64,000 nucleotides of DNA, taken from positions 177,066 to 241,065 of the forward strand of contig CALKUP010000002.1 of NCBI GenBank assembly GCA_937996685.1, in the 5' to 3' direction. The position numbers and the translations under genes were made by a program. The notes beneath the pieces were generated by a model. The model was not told the origin of the DNA, did no database searches, and was given only the letters and a program-made list of their open reading frames with translations. Position 1 is the first letter of the stretch; every line of letters begins with the position of its first letter. The stretch comes from an uncultured bacterium (GTDB taxonomy: Bacteria > Patescibacteriota > Patescibacteriia > UBA9570 > XYC2-FULL-38-9). Of this stretch, positions 39,503-48,445 are shown one piece after another.

Positions 39503-39946
39503 ATGACAGATCTATACCATCAACTAGGCAAAAATTTTAAGGGTGAAGATATTTTTGTTACAATCGCTTCTGGTCCAGTAATTGTAAATGAGGACAAGAA
39601 ATTCCTGCTACATATTTCTGAAAGCACTGAAAAGTACCAATTTACTGGCGGTCGCTTGAATGATTCGCAGTCACCACAACAAAACGCAATCAATCGACCA
39701 TTTGAAGATCTGGGATTACAAGTCATGCTAACAGAAGGAGTTGATCCGCTTATTGTTACTGATGAAATTGAGCGCGATGGGAAAGTAGAGCGTCTCGTTT
39801 TAATGCATTATGTTGCTATCATTCCAGTTGATGCTGAGATTGGTGAGTGCCAGTGGTTTTCTATTGATGAAATCCGTGAGCTTGAAAAACAAGGCCAGTT
39901 ATCATCTCTAAACGTTCGAATTGCTTGTGAGCATTTTTTAAAATAA
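39503..39946 (+). CDS. NUDIX-fold protein with degenerate Nudix box
   Basis: FTGGRL....SP...A....EDLGL; the canonical RE is absent. Confidence 0.6.
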   Translation: MTDLYHQLGKNFKGEDIFVTIASGPVIVNEDKKFLLHISESTEKYQFTGGRLNDSQSPQQNAINRPFEDLGLQVMLTEGVDPLIVTDEIERDGKVERLVLMHYVAIIPVDAEIGECQWFSIDEIRELEKQGQLSSLNVRIACEHFLK

Positions 39947-39986
39947 TACAGTCTAAATAAGTTTGTGTTCAATAATGTAAACGAGT

Positions 39987-40355
39987 ATGAGTAAAGATCA
40001 TGTCAGTAGTGATAAAATTAGCGGGGATCATACAACGTTTATTGAGCCCGCAGCTGCTCTTGTTGAATATGTTGTAAGGTTAGATTCTGTGCGGAGAGTC
40101 ACCCCAGGTTTTATTGAGGCTGGTTTAAAGGGTGGGCAATCTGGACCGCCAAGAATAAAAATCACAATGGGGGATGGATGTGTAAAATTAGCAGTTCGTC
40201 AAAACAAGTCCCTGCAAACAGTTTTTATTTACACCAGCGATGTTCAGGCGACAACAGAATTTACCGCGCGTTCCGCACGTGATTTAGGGTATGATATTCA
40301 TTTTGATACTCGTGAAGAAAATGATCTGACGCTCCGAACTCGTCGACCAAAATAA
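39987..40355 (+). CDS. DUF2103-like protein
   Basis: GDHTTFI...V..VTPGFI...Q.VFIYT pattern. Confidence 0.6.
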   Translation: MSKDHVSSDKISGDHTTFIEPAAALVEYVVRLDSVRRVTPGFIEAGLKGGQSGPPRIKITMGDGCVKLAVRQNKSLQTVFIYTSDVQATTEFTARSARDLGYDIHFDTREENDLTLRTRRPK

Positions 40356-40428
40356 TCAATACAAAAAAGCTAGTCGGCAGTAAGACTAGCGTGTTTTGTT
40401 TGTTATACGACCACTAAAAAGATATGTA

Positions 40429-40824
40429 TTATATCTTCTTCAACTTGCCTTTATTCTTCACAATATTTTTGTAATCCCATTGAACAGTTTTGGATTCTTT
40501 GAGCCATTTGCGCAGGTCGCTGAGTTTTATGTCAGTGAGTGATTCATATCGTTTCTCCGCGGCTTTAAATGAGCCTTCTTTTGTGAGACCTGGATGGGTG
40601 AATGATTGACCGCTCCAAAACAGGAGAGACACGCCAGTTTTTTGCACGCTGTAGCCAGCAACTGGATTTTCATCAATAAACCAAACAGGTGCGCCGTGCC
40701 AGACTTTACTCGTCGCTTTCGGAAGAGCTTTCTCGATTTCCGCGCGCAGAAGGACGCAGATTTTTTTCGTTTCACCTTTTTGCAAGGTGTTGTATTTTGG
40801 GATTGTTGATGCGATTGTTTTCAT
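40429..40824 (-). CDS. DUF1801 (YdhG-like) protein
   Basis: KVWHGAPVWF...GY..K.GV.LLFWSG. Confidence 0.75.
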   Translation of the reverse strand: MKTIASTIPKYNTLQKGETKKICVLLRAEIEKALPKATSKVWHGAPVWFIDENPVAGYSVQKTGVSLLFWSGQSFTHPGLTKEGSFKAAEKRYESLTDIKLSDLRKWLKESKTVQWDYKNIVKNKGKLKKI

Positions 40825-40899
40825 ATACGTACAGTATAGCAGGGTATTGTAAAAATTGCCTACTGCTGTTAAGATGCTCCCGCTTTAAAGGAAAGGCTC

Positions 40900-41169
40900 A
40901 TGACCAACCGAGATTGCCCGCCGCATCTTGGCACTGGAGTCACTCCAAAAGACTCGACGTGTCATGATCATGCGAGCGCTGCTCAACAGGGCTTTCATAA
41001 CCTGCATTGCCGGCTCATCGGCTGTCCGTACGCAAAACCAGGTCTTGAGCGTCACGGAGACACCCTGATTATCAAGCCGCGGAATTGGTTAGAGGACTTG
41101 CTGTTGAAGCTTGATCCTTTGATCAATGCCGCCCGTCGTTTCCACGTGTTCATTCGGAGGAAGTCATGA
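40900..41169 (+). CDS. Small Cys/His-rich GC-rich orphan
   Basis: AAGG SD; ATGA overlap with the next ORF. Confidence 0.5.
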   Translation: MTNRDCPPHLGTGVTPKDSTCHDHASAAQQGFHNLHCRLIGCPYAKPGLERHGDTLIIKPRNWLEDLLLKLDPLINAARRFHVFIRRKS

Positions 41170-41462
41170 AGATAGCGGAGATTGCGGCGCTTCTGAGCGA
41201 TCCTGCCACCCGCCGGTTGCTGGCAGAGGGCATTGGGATCATCAAGATCTTGAAGGACAACAAACGCCTCACACCAGAGGCTGTGCAAGCCGTGGTTGAC
41301 GGCATTGAGCCGCTCAAGAGGCTTGCGGCGTCTCAGGTGCATGCACGAGAGATCATGGAGAGCATCGACCTCCTTGTGAAGCTCTTGATGAAGCCTGGAG
41401 GACTTGCAGCCTTGCGGCACTTCGCGAGGTCTTTCGTCGATCTCATCGAAAACCCTCTGTGA
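41166..41462 (+). CDS. Small helical GC-rich orphan
   Basis: GGAGG SD; terminator-like hairpin overlaps the stop. Confidence 0.6.
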   Translation: MKIAEIAALLSDPATRRLLAEGIGIIKILKDNKRLTPEAVQAVVDGIEPLKRLAASQVHAREIMESIDLLVKLLMKPGGLAALRHFARSFVDLIENPL

Positions 41463-41569
41463 TGAACACGTTCGTCTGAGGGTTCGTTTTTTTATCAGAA
41501 AGAAATGAGGCAAATAAAAAACCCGCATTGCTGCGGATTTTTTATAATCAAGTGTTGAATGAACGTTGC

Positions 41570-41770
41570 TTATGCAGCAAGTTGTACGTCAACGGCGCGT
41601 GGTCCTTTGTCTGATTGTTCTACTTCGAATGAAACAGTGTCTCCGATGTTGAGTTCATTATATGATACGCCAACGAGTGCAGAAGAATGGAAAAAGATTT
41701 CTTTTTCTTGACCTTCAGCTGCGATAAAGCCGAAGCCCTTATCTGTCATGTTTTTGATAGTTCCTACCAT
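41570..41770 (-). CDS. Cold-shock protein
   Basis: KGFGFI (RNP1), IFFHSS (RNP2) and KGPRA. Confidence 0.95.
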   Translation of the reverse strand: MVGTIKNMTDKGFGFIAAEGQEKEIFFHSSALVGVSYNELNIGDTVSFEVEQSDKGPRAVDVQLAA

Positions 41771-41952
41771 AGTGTTTACGTTATATTCTGACTAAATTAT
41801 ACAAAAAGTTGAGTTTGAAGTTTGATTACGCTTCGCAGATCTCCTTATTGACCCGACCATTATTACATATTTTTTTAAAATTGTCAAATGCATTGCACTG
41901 TCGCCCTGTGTAAAATCCCGTATATACGAAAAGTCTGCTATACTCACTGTCT

Positions 41953-43206
41953 ATGACACAAGACAGAGCTCTAGAATTATTACGGGAAGGACACAATGTA
42001 TTGTTGACAGGGCCGGCCGGTTCAGGGAAGACATATGTGTTAAATGAGTTTATTGCGTGGGCAAAAAAGGAAGGAAAGAAGGTTGCGGTGACTGCGTCGA
42101 CGGGAATTGCCGCAACTCATTTGAATGGAGTGACGATCCATTCATGGGCAGGTATTGGGATTAAAGATGCGTTGTCCGAACAAGATATTGGCGGAATGAT
42201 GCAAAAAGAGTTTTTGAAGAAGCGGTTTCTCGGGACTGATATTTTGATTATTGATGAAATTTCGATGTTGCACTCCTATCGCTTAGATATGGTTGATCAA
42301 ATTTTGCGGTTAATTCGGGATCGTCGCGATGTGCCGTTTGGTGGAATCCAGATTGTATTGTCTGGTGATTTCTTTCAGTTGCCGCCGATTGAAAAAAATA
42401 GCAGCAAGACACATTTTGCGTTTGAAGCAGCAGTGTGGGAGGAAGCGCGTCTCGCAGTGTGCTATTTAGACACGGTGTATCGTCAGGCGAATGATCCGTT
42501 GTTGCAAATTTTACAAGAGATTCGCAATGGAGAGGTAAGCGAGGCGCTTGGGGAATCGCTCATGGAGCGGGCTGATGTCACGCCGCCGGACACGATCACG
42601 CCGACACGTTTGTATACGCATAACATTGATGTTGATAAACAAAACGCGCAAGAGCTCGCGGCAATTGTTGAACCAGTCAGACAATTTCAAATGACGAGTT
42701 TTGGAAAAAAGCAAGATGTTGCAACATTGAAAAAATATTGTTTGGCTCCAGAAATGCTGGAATTGAAAATTGGCGCGCAAGTGATGTTCGTGAAGAATAA
42801 TTTTTCCGCTGGGTACGCGAATGGAACACTCGGCACAGTTGTGGATTTTGTGAGTGATGCGCCAGTGGTGCAAACAGCTGACGGTGAAGAGATTGTGGTT
42901 CCGGTTGAAAGTTGGGTCATGGAAATCGCTGGGGCAATCATTGCGCAGGTCTCGCAGTTTCCGTTGCGGCTCGCGTGGGCAATCACAGTCCACAAAAGCC
43001 AAGGGATGACGCTCGATGCCGTGTCTGTTGATTTGAGTAAATCGTTTGTAGCTGGAATGGGGTATGTCGCGCTCTCGCGTGTCCGTTCGCTTGATGGGTT
43101 GTATATTGTTGGTTTGAATCGGATGGCGCTCAGTGTTGACCCGCTGGTTCAGCATTTTGATGGGCAATTTCAAAAACAGTCTGAATTGATCGCTGAAAAA
43201 AATTGA
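41953..43206 (+). CDS. Pif1-like SF1 helicase
   Basis: GPAGSGKT, ASTGIAA, DEISM, GDFFQLPP, AITVHKSQG and YVALSR. Confidence 0.92.
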   Translation: MTQDRALELLREGHNVLLTGPAGSGKTYVLNEFIAWAKKEGKKVAVTASTGIAATHLNGVTIHSWAGIGIKDALSEQDIGGMMQKEFLKKRFLGTDILIIDEISMLHSYRLDMVDQILRLIRDRRDVPFGGIQIVLSGDFFQLPPIEKNSSKTHFAFEAAVWEEARLAVCYLDTVYRQANDPLLQILQEIRNGEVSEALGESLMERADVTPPDTITPTRLYTHNIDVDKQNAQELAAIVEPVRQFQMTSFGKKQDVATLKKYCLAPEMLELKIGAQVMFVKNNFSAGYANGTLGTVVDFVSDAPVVQTADGEEIVVPVESWVMEIAGAIIAQVSQFPLRLAWAITVHKSQGMTLDAVSVDLSKSFVAGMGYVALSRVRSLDGLYIVGLNRMALSVDPLVQHFDGQFQKQSELIAEKN

Positions 43207-43367
43207 CAAGCAGGGGAGTAATACAAAAGTTGTTCACACGGATATTTGACGAGGTTTCTGTCTGTATGCATCGAAAGATATGAGGCTGTCATATCTTTAT
43301 TTGCGTGATTTTTTACTGTCTGTATACTGCTGCTACCTTACAACACAAGACAACATGAGGCATACAA

Positions 43368-44045
43368 ATGGCACTGAATCATCTCGCGATCATTGCGGAT
43401 GGCAATAGGCGCTTTGGAAGGGCTCGGGGAGGCACCGGTTCTGACGGACATCAAAAAGGCGCAGACAATACGGATGTCATTTTGCGCTGGTGTCGAAACA
43501 ACGAGGTGTCGTATCTGACGCTGTACTTGTTCTCGCTCTATAATTGGGAGCGACCGCCTGACGAAGTGGCGTTTCTCATGCGGCTCATCAAGCACTTTTG
43601 CGAAAGCAAAAAAGCGGAGTTGCTACAAGACAACGTGCGGGTGTGCGTCATCGGGAATCTCGCTGACCCACGGTTTCCGGACGAAACCCGCGCAGCAGTC
43701 GAGTGTCTGGTCGCGGCGACAGCAGGTTGCACAGGCTTGACCCTCATTCTCGCGCTGTCATACGACGGTGTTGACGAAGTGCGACGCGCCGGGAAGCGCT
43801 GGCAGGCGAGCGACTGCTCTGGGGAAGTGACGGATTTTCTCGACACAGCATTGCTCGGCATTCCAGATCCCGACCTCGTTCTCCGGACAAGCGGTGAGCA
43901 GCGCCTGAGTGGCTTCTTGTCACTCCAGGCGAGTTACGCAGAGCTCATGTTCGTGGATGCGGCATATCCCGAGCTGAGTGTCGAAGTGCTCGACAGTGTC
44001 ATGGCGGCTTTTCAGCAGCGCGATCGACGCTTCGGAAAACGGTAA
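43368..44045 (+). CDS. uppS: cis-isoprenyl (undecaprenyl) diphosphate synthase
   Basis: IIADGNRR, FS..NW.RP..EV, RTSGEQRLS and RRFG. GC-rich. Confidence 0.92.
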   Translation: MALNHLAIIADGNRRFGRARGGTGSDGHQKGADNTDVILRWCRNNEVSYLTLYLFSLYNWERPPDEVAFLMRLIKHFCESKKAELLQDNVRVCVIGNLADPRFPDETRAAVECLVAATAGCTGLTLILALSYDGVDEVRRAGKRWQASDCSGEVTDFLDTALLGIPDPDLVLRTSGEQRLSGFLSLQASYAELMFVDAAYPELSVEVLDSVMAAFQQRDRRFGKR

Positions 44046-44121
44046 GGACTCGACTCGTTTCGCCTGGTTGTAACAGCCACGCAAGCGAGTCATTTTTTCT
44101 ATTTTATGGTATAATCATTTT

Positions 44122-45927
44122 ATGAAATATACGACATTATACCCATTATTGTGGCGCCCAATTTTCGTGCTTGTGAGCATTATTGTTGCGGTTGTCTTTC
44201 AATTTTCTTTTGATCAAGCGCTCATTGCGAATATCATCTGGATTGCCGCTGTCTTTATTGGTGCATGGCGCTTTCTGTCTGATACCATTACAGATATTCT
44301 GCATGGTCAATTTGGTCTTGATTATATCGCGCTGACTGCTATTGTCGTGGCATTCGTCACTGGCGATTATTTAGTTGGTGCAGTGATTGTTTTCATGTTA
44401 ACAACCGGCGAGGCGCTTGAGGAATATGCATCATTGCGCGCAAAGCAGTCTCTCACATCCTTGATTGATCGTATTCCAAAAAATGTGACAGTACTCGCGC
44501 AGGCAAATCCGGAAGCGGACCGTTCAGAAAAACAGATTGAGCAAGTGCAGATTGGGGAGTATATTCTTGTGCGTCGCGGTGAAGTCATCCCGCTTGACGG
44601 TGTCTTGGAAACAGCAACAGCCCAGACTGACGAATCATCGCTGACTGGCGAACCGTTTTATATTGACAAAGAACAAGGTGACGCGATTCGCAGTGGAACG
44701 ATTAATGTTGGTGATGTGATGGTTGTGCGTGTTACTACAGCGGACAGTGAATCGACCTATCGAAAAATCATCCGCCTTGTTGAAGGTGCGCAAGAATCGA
44801 AAGCGCCGCTGGTGCGACTCGCTGATCGTTATAGTTTGATTTTTACCGTTGTGACTGCAGTGATTTCTATCGGAGCCTATGCAATGACACAAGATATGAA
44901 TATTGTGCTCGCAGTTTTGGTTGTTGCAACACCGTGCCCGTTGTTGATTGCAACTCCAATTGCACTGATTGGTGGAATGTCTGCCTCTGCGAAACAAAAA
45001 ATCATTTTGAAGAATCTTGCCAGCATCGAAGTATTGTCACGCGTGAATCACATTGTGTTTGATAAAACCGGAACAATCACGCTTGGTGAGCCGGCTGTGA
45101 CACGTGTTGAATTGCGTGATACACCGCTCACGGAAATGGAAATTCTTGGGATTGCATCAAGTATTGAACATAACTCACTGCATCCGATTGCAAAAGCGAT
45201 TGTGATGCACGCAAAACAGGTCAATGCACCGGCGGTTCATGCGAGTGATATTCAAGAGGTGATTGGGCAAGGTATTTCTGGTGTGGTTGATGGTGTGCGA
45301 TATACGCTTGCGAAATATGATGATTCAAATCATTTTGTGATCGCTGTGAAAAAAGACGATGCTGTTATTGCACTTCTTGAAATGGAAGATCAAGTCAAGC
45401 AAGGTTCAAAAAAACAAATGCAGCAGTTGGTTGATAGTGGATTTACGATTGAAATGTTAACAGGGGACAAGAAAACCGTTGCTGAACAAATTGCCGCGAC
45501 TATTGGTGTGCCGATGACCGTTCATGCTGAATGTAGCCCCGCGCAGAAGCTGGAGCGGATTAGCGCTTTGCAAGCTGAAGGAAAAATTGTCGCAATGATT
45601 GGCGACGGGATTAATGATGCGCCGGCGCTGGCTGCGGCAAATGTCGGCATTGTGTTTTCGAATGAAGAAAATACCGCGGCTTCTGAAGCGGCGGATATTG
45701 TCTTGCTTGGCGGCGAATTAACGCAAGTTTTGGCAGTCTTCCACATTGCAAAACGTTCTATTCGCATTGCCTTGCAAAGTATTTGGGTTGGTATCGGATT
45801 GAGTGTTCTGTGCATGCTCGCAGCGGCAGGTGGGTTTATTCCGCCGGTGATTGGGGCAATGTTGCAAGAAGGAATTGATATTATTGTGATTATTAATGCA
45901 TTACGCGCAACGCGGGCCGTTGTGTAA
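44122..45927 (+). CDS. Heavy-metal P1B-type ATPase (P1B-5-like)
   Basis: TGE, TPCP, DKTGT, HP, GDGINDAP and QEGID. Confidence 0.92.
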   Translation: MKYTTLYPLLWRPIFVLVSIIVAVVFQFSFDQALIANIIWIAAVFIGAWRFLSDTITDILHGQFGLDYIALTAIVVAFVTGDYLVGAVIVFMLTTGEALEEYASLRAKQSLTSLIDRIPKNVTVLAQANPEADRSEKQIEQVQIGEYILVRRGEVIPLDGVLETATAQTDESSLTGEPFYIDKEQGDAIRSGTINVGDVMVVRVTTADSESTYRKIIRLVEGAQESKAPLVRLADRYSLIFTVVTAVISIGAYAMTQDMNIVLAVLVVATPCPLLIATPIALIGGMSASAKQKIILKNLASIEVLSRVNHIVFDKTGTITLGEPAVTRVELRDTPLTEMEILGIASSIEHNSLHPIAKAIVMHAKQVNAPAVHASDIQEVIGQGISGVVDGVRYTLAKYDDSNHFVIAVKKDDAVIALLEMEDQVKQGSKKQMQQLVDSGFTIEMLTGDKKTVAEQIAATIGVPMTVHAECSPAQKLERISALQAEGKIVAMIGDGINDAPALAAANVGIVFSNEENTAASEAADIVLLGGELTQVLAVFHIAKRSIRIALQSIWVGIGLSVLCMLAAAGGFIPPVIGAMLQEGIDIIVIINALRATRAVV

Positions 45928-45937
45928 GAAATAGTGT

Positions 45938-47617
45938 ATGCAAACAGGAAATAACCAATCAGCAACACTCTTCGGTTTCGACGTTCGGGAATCGTTATTT
46001 GCGTTTGCGTTGTTTTTTGTGCTCGGGTTGATTGCGTACGTGCTGCGAGACACGATTACGGTGATACAAGCCGGAACGCTTGTGTTGCTTGCTGGTCTCT
46101 GGTGGCTTGGGATGCGTCATATGCATGTTGCGGTTGTCGCGCTGCTTGTCTGGCTCGTGTTCGAATCTGTGTTATTGCGATTTATTCCGGATCAAAGTTT
46201 TTTGTATATCCGATTTTTCCCTGAAGTGATGACCTATTCAATATTTGTTCGGGTGATATTTGATCGCTTCTTTTTGCCGTTGATTCAACAAGATGCGCAG
46301 CATTTGAGCTCTGCGTTGCTTGGGGTTGGCGCCTTTGAGCGGTTTGATCGTTTGCGTGGCCGATTGCTGTTATCATTAGCGGCGTTATTTTTTATCGCGG
46401 TTTTTTCAATGATCGCAAATGGCGTTGATCCACTCATTGGACTGCTTGGGATTCGCCAAGTTGTTCGTTTTTTGTTCCTGGCGATTATCTTGTTGTATAT
46501 CGATATCCCTACACCATTTTTTGCAAAAGCAGTGCGCGTCTTGTGTATTCTATTCGGAGTGCAAATTGCAATTGGTTTGATTCAATATGCAACTGCTGGA
46601 GCTCTTGACCCGTATTTGATCCCTGCGAAAACGGTTGAATATGGCGGACGTTTTTCTTATGGAGGCGTTGATCAATTTTGGCAACTTGGAACTCGCGTCT
46701 TCGCAACTCTCGGTCGATATGATCGCTTCGGGGCTTTCGCGGGTATTTTTACAACTATTGTTGCTGCAGTTGGTTTGTCTGGCATGTTTTCATTGCGGTA
46801 TGACTTTCCGCTTGCAAAAGAGCGCTATCGTTTCTATCTCGCGCTGACAATTCTCGGTGGTATCGCTGTCTTTTTGTCATCAAGTCGCGCTGCGCTGCTG
46901 GCGTTAATCATTGCGTTGATTTGGCTTGTTGGGGTTGTCTGGCGTCGCAGAGCAGTGCTCTTGTTGAGTGTGATTGGGTTTTTCTCGGTTGTGATCGGAG
47001 CATTTGTCTATGCGCAAATTATCGGAATTGATATTCGCTACGTTGTCGACTCTCCAGATGCGACTGTGTTTGAACGTCTTGTTGAGCCGCTCTCGCAATC
47101 AAGTTTGCAAGGAAATTATGATCACTATGGTCGCACATTTTGGCTTGTTGAAGTGCCGCGAGTGGTGGTTGCGAGTAGTCCAATCTATGGCGTGGGTCCT
47201 GGCATGTTTGGGTCAGGAACGGTTGCGCAGTTTGTGAACAAGGAGGTGTATAATCGATTAGGTTTGCCATACGGCGCGAGCGGCGACATTGGGATTATCG
47301 ATAACAGTTGGTTCGCGTTGTGGGGCGAGCTTGGAACACTTGGCTTGCTTGCGATGATTGCGTTCCTGTGGACTCTGTATCAGCTTTTCGGGCTTGTTCC
47401 GCGCAATACACATGGAACAGGGGAGCAAGGGCGTTTTCTCTATAATGAATATGTATTACTGAGCTCAGGGGCGCAGGCAGCAGTTGTGTATGTCGCGGTT
47501 GTGGCGCTGTTTGCGAATCACTTTGAGTTTCGAACAACTATGCCAGCCTTGTTGGTATTTGGAACGTTATTGTTGCGTGCAAAAATTCAACACGCCTCAG
47601 GTCGGTCAGTGTCGTAA
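45938..47617 (+). CDS. O-antigen ligase/polymerase-like membrane protein
   Basis: Many TM helices; SSSRAA, PIYGVGPG and DN...ELG.LG. Confidence 0.7.
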   Translation: MQTGNNQSATLFGFDVRESLFAFALFFVLGLIAYVLRDTITVIQAGTLVLLAGLWWLGMRHMHVAVVALLVWLVFESVLLRFIPDQSFLYIRFFPEVMTYSIFVRVIFDRFFLPLIQQDAQHLSSALLGVGAFERFDRLRGRLLLSLAALFFIAVFSMIANGVDPLIGLLGIRQVVRFLFLAIILLYIDIPTPFFAKAVRVLCILFGVQIAIGLIQYATAGALDPYLIPAKTVEYGGRFSYGGVDQFWQLGTRVFATLGRYDRFGAFAGIFTTIVAAVGLSGMFSLRYDFPLAKERYRFYLALTILGGIAVFLSSSRAALLALIIALIWLVGVVWRRRAVLLLSVIGFFSVVIGAFVYAQIIGIDIRYVVDSPDATVFERLVEPLSQSSLQGNYDHYGRTFWLVEVPRVVVASSPIYGVGPGMFGSGTVAQFVNKEVYNRLGLPYGASGDIGIIDNSWFALWGELGTLGLLAMIAFLWTLYQLFGLVPRNTHGTGEQGRFLYNEYVLLSSGAQAAVVYVAVVALFANHFEFRTTMPALLVFGTLLLRAKIQHASGRSVS

Positions 47618-47635
47618 GTCTTTTTATTTCTTCTC

Positions 47636-48436
47636 TTATTGATATTCCTTAAACTCTACGCAACCTTTTGATACAAGGTTTTTTGCAACGTCGTATTTAT
47701 ATTTTTTGCCCCAATCAGCAAAGCGATCATTCAAGAGTTTGTCGCGTAGATCAGCGTTATAGGCAGCGCCAATTTCCGCAGCAAACACTGTGCCGCGCTC
47801 ACTGTCTGACAAGGTTTGTTTACTGAAACGATGAGCGACGTAGTCAATGGATGTCACAGATCGGTTTTTCACAATATCTTTATTGAATACTGTCCCGGTA
47901 TATCCAATCAGTTTTTCTTTGCGACTCTCATCACCAAAAATAGTGACAGCGTCATAGTCAATGCCTTTGTCTTTCACAATCGCATAACTGTTATCGATAT
48001 TTTGCCACGTGGTAATCGCGCATTCTTCTTTGTAGAATTTCACACCCTTTTTTTGGAGAGATGCAATATCTGCATATTCATCATAGCCACGATAGAGACT
48101 TTCGGCTTCTGAGAGGTCTTTGTTGTTTGTGTATGAGCCGGTGAAGATAACCGCGACTACATGGTTATTTGTATCGTTGACATACGCGACAGCTTTTTTG
48201 ATATAGTCTTCGTATGATTCGTTTCCAAGAACAGGTGTGCCATAGCCAGGGATAATAACAATGCGTTGTCCGTTTTTATTGAACCGTTTATCAATCTTAT
48301 GCAGTGTGGCTTTTGCTGTATTTTTAATGTCTGCTTTGGAATTCAGACTTTCCGGCAAAATGTCTTTTGCTGTGCAGCCTGAAAGAGTCGCAACAGCGGA
48401 GCAGAAAAAGAGGGCCGTAAGAATGCGGGTTTTCAT
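47636..48436 (-). CDS. Lipoprotein with DUF218/YdcF-like domain
   Basis: Lipobox LSGC; VIFTG, SEAE and EE.AITTWQN. Confidence 0.65.
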   Translation of the reverse strand: MKTRILTALFFCSAVATLSGCTAKDILPESLNSKADIKNTAKATLHKIDKRFNKNGQRIVIIPGYGTPVLGNESYEDYIKKAVAYVNDTNNHVVAVIFTGSYTNNKDLSEAESLYRGYDEYADIASLQKKGVKFYKEECAITTWQNIDNSYAIVKDKGIDYDAVTIFGDESRKEKLIGYTGTVFNKDIVKNRSVTSIDYVAHRFSKQTLSDSERGTVFAAEIGAAYNADLRDKLLNDRFADWGKKYKYDVAKNLVSKGCVEFKEYQ

Positions 48437-48445
48437 ACAAGAAGA

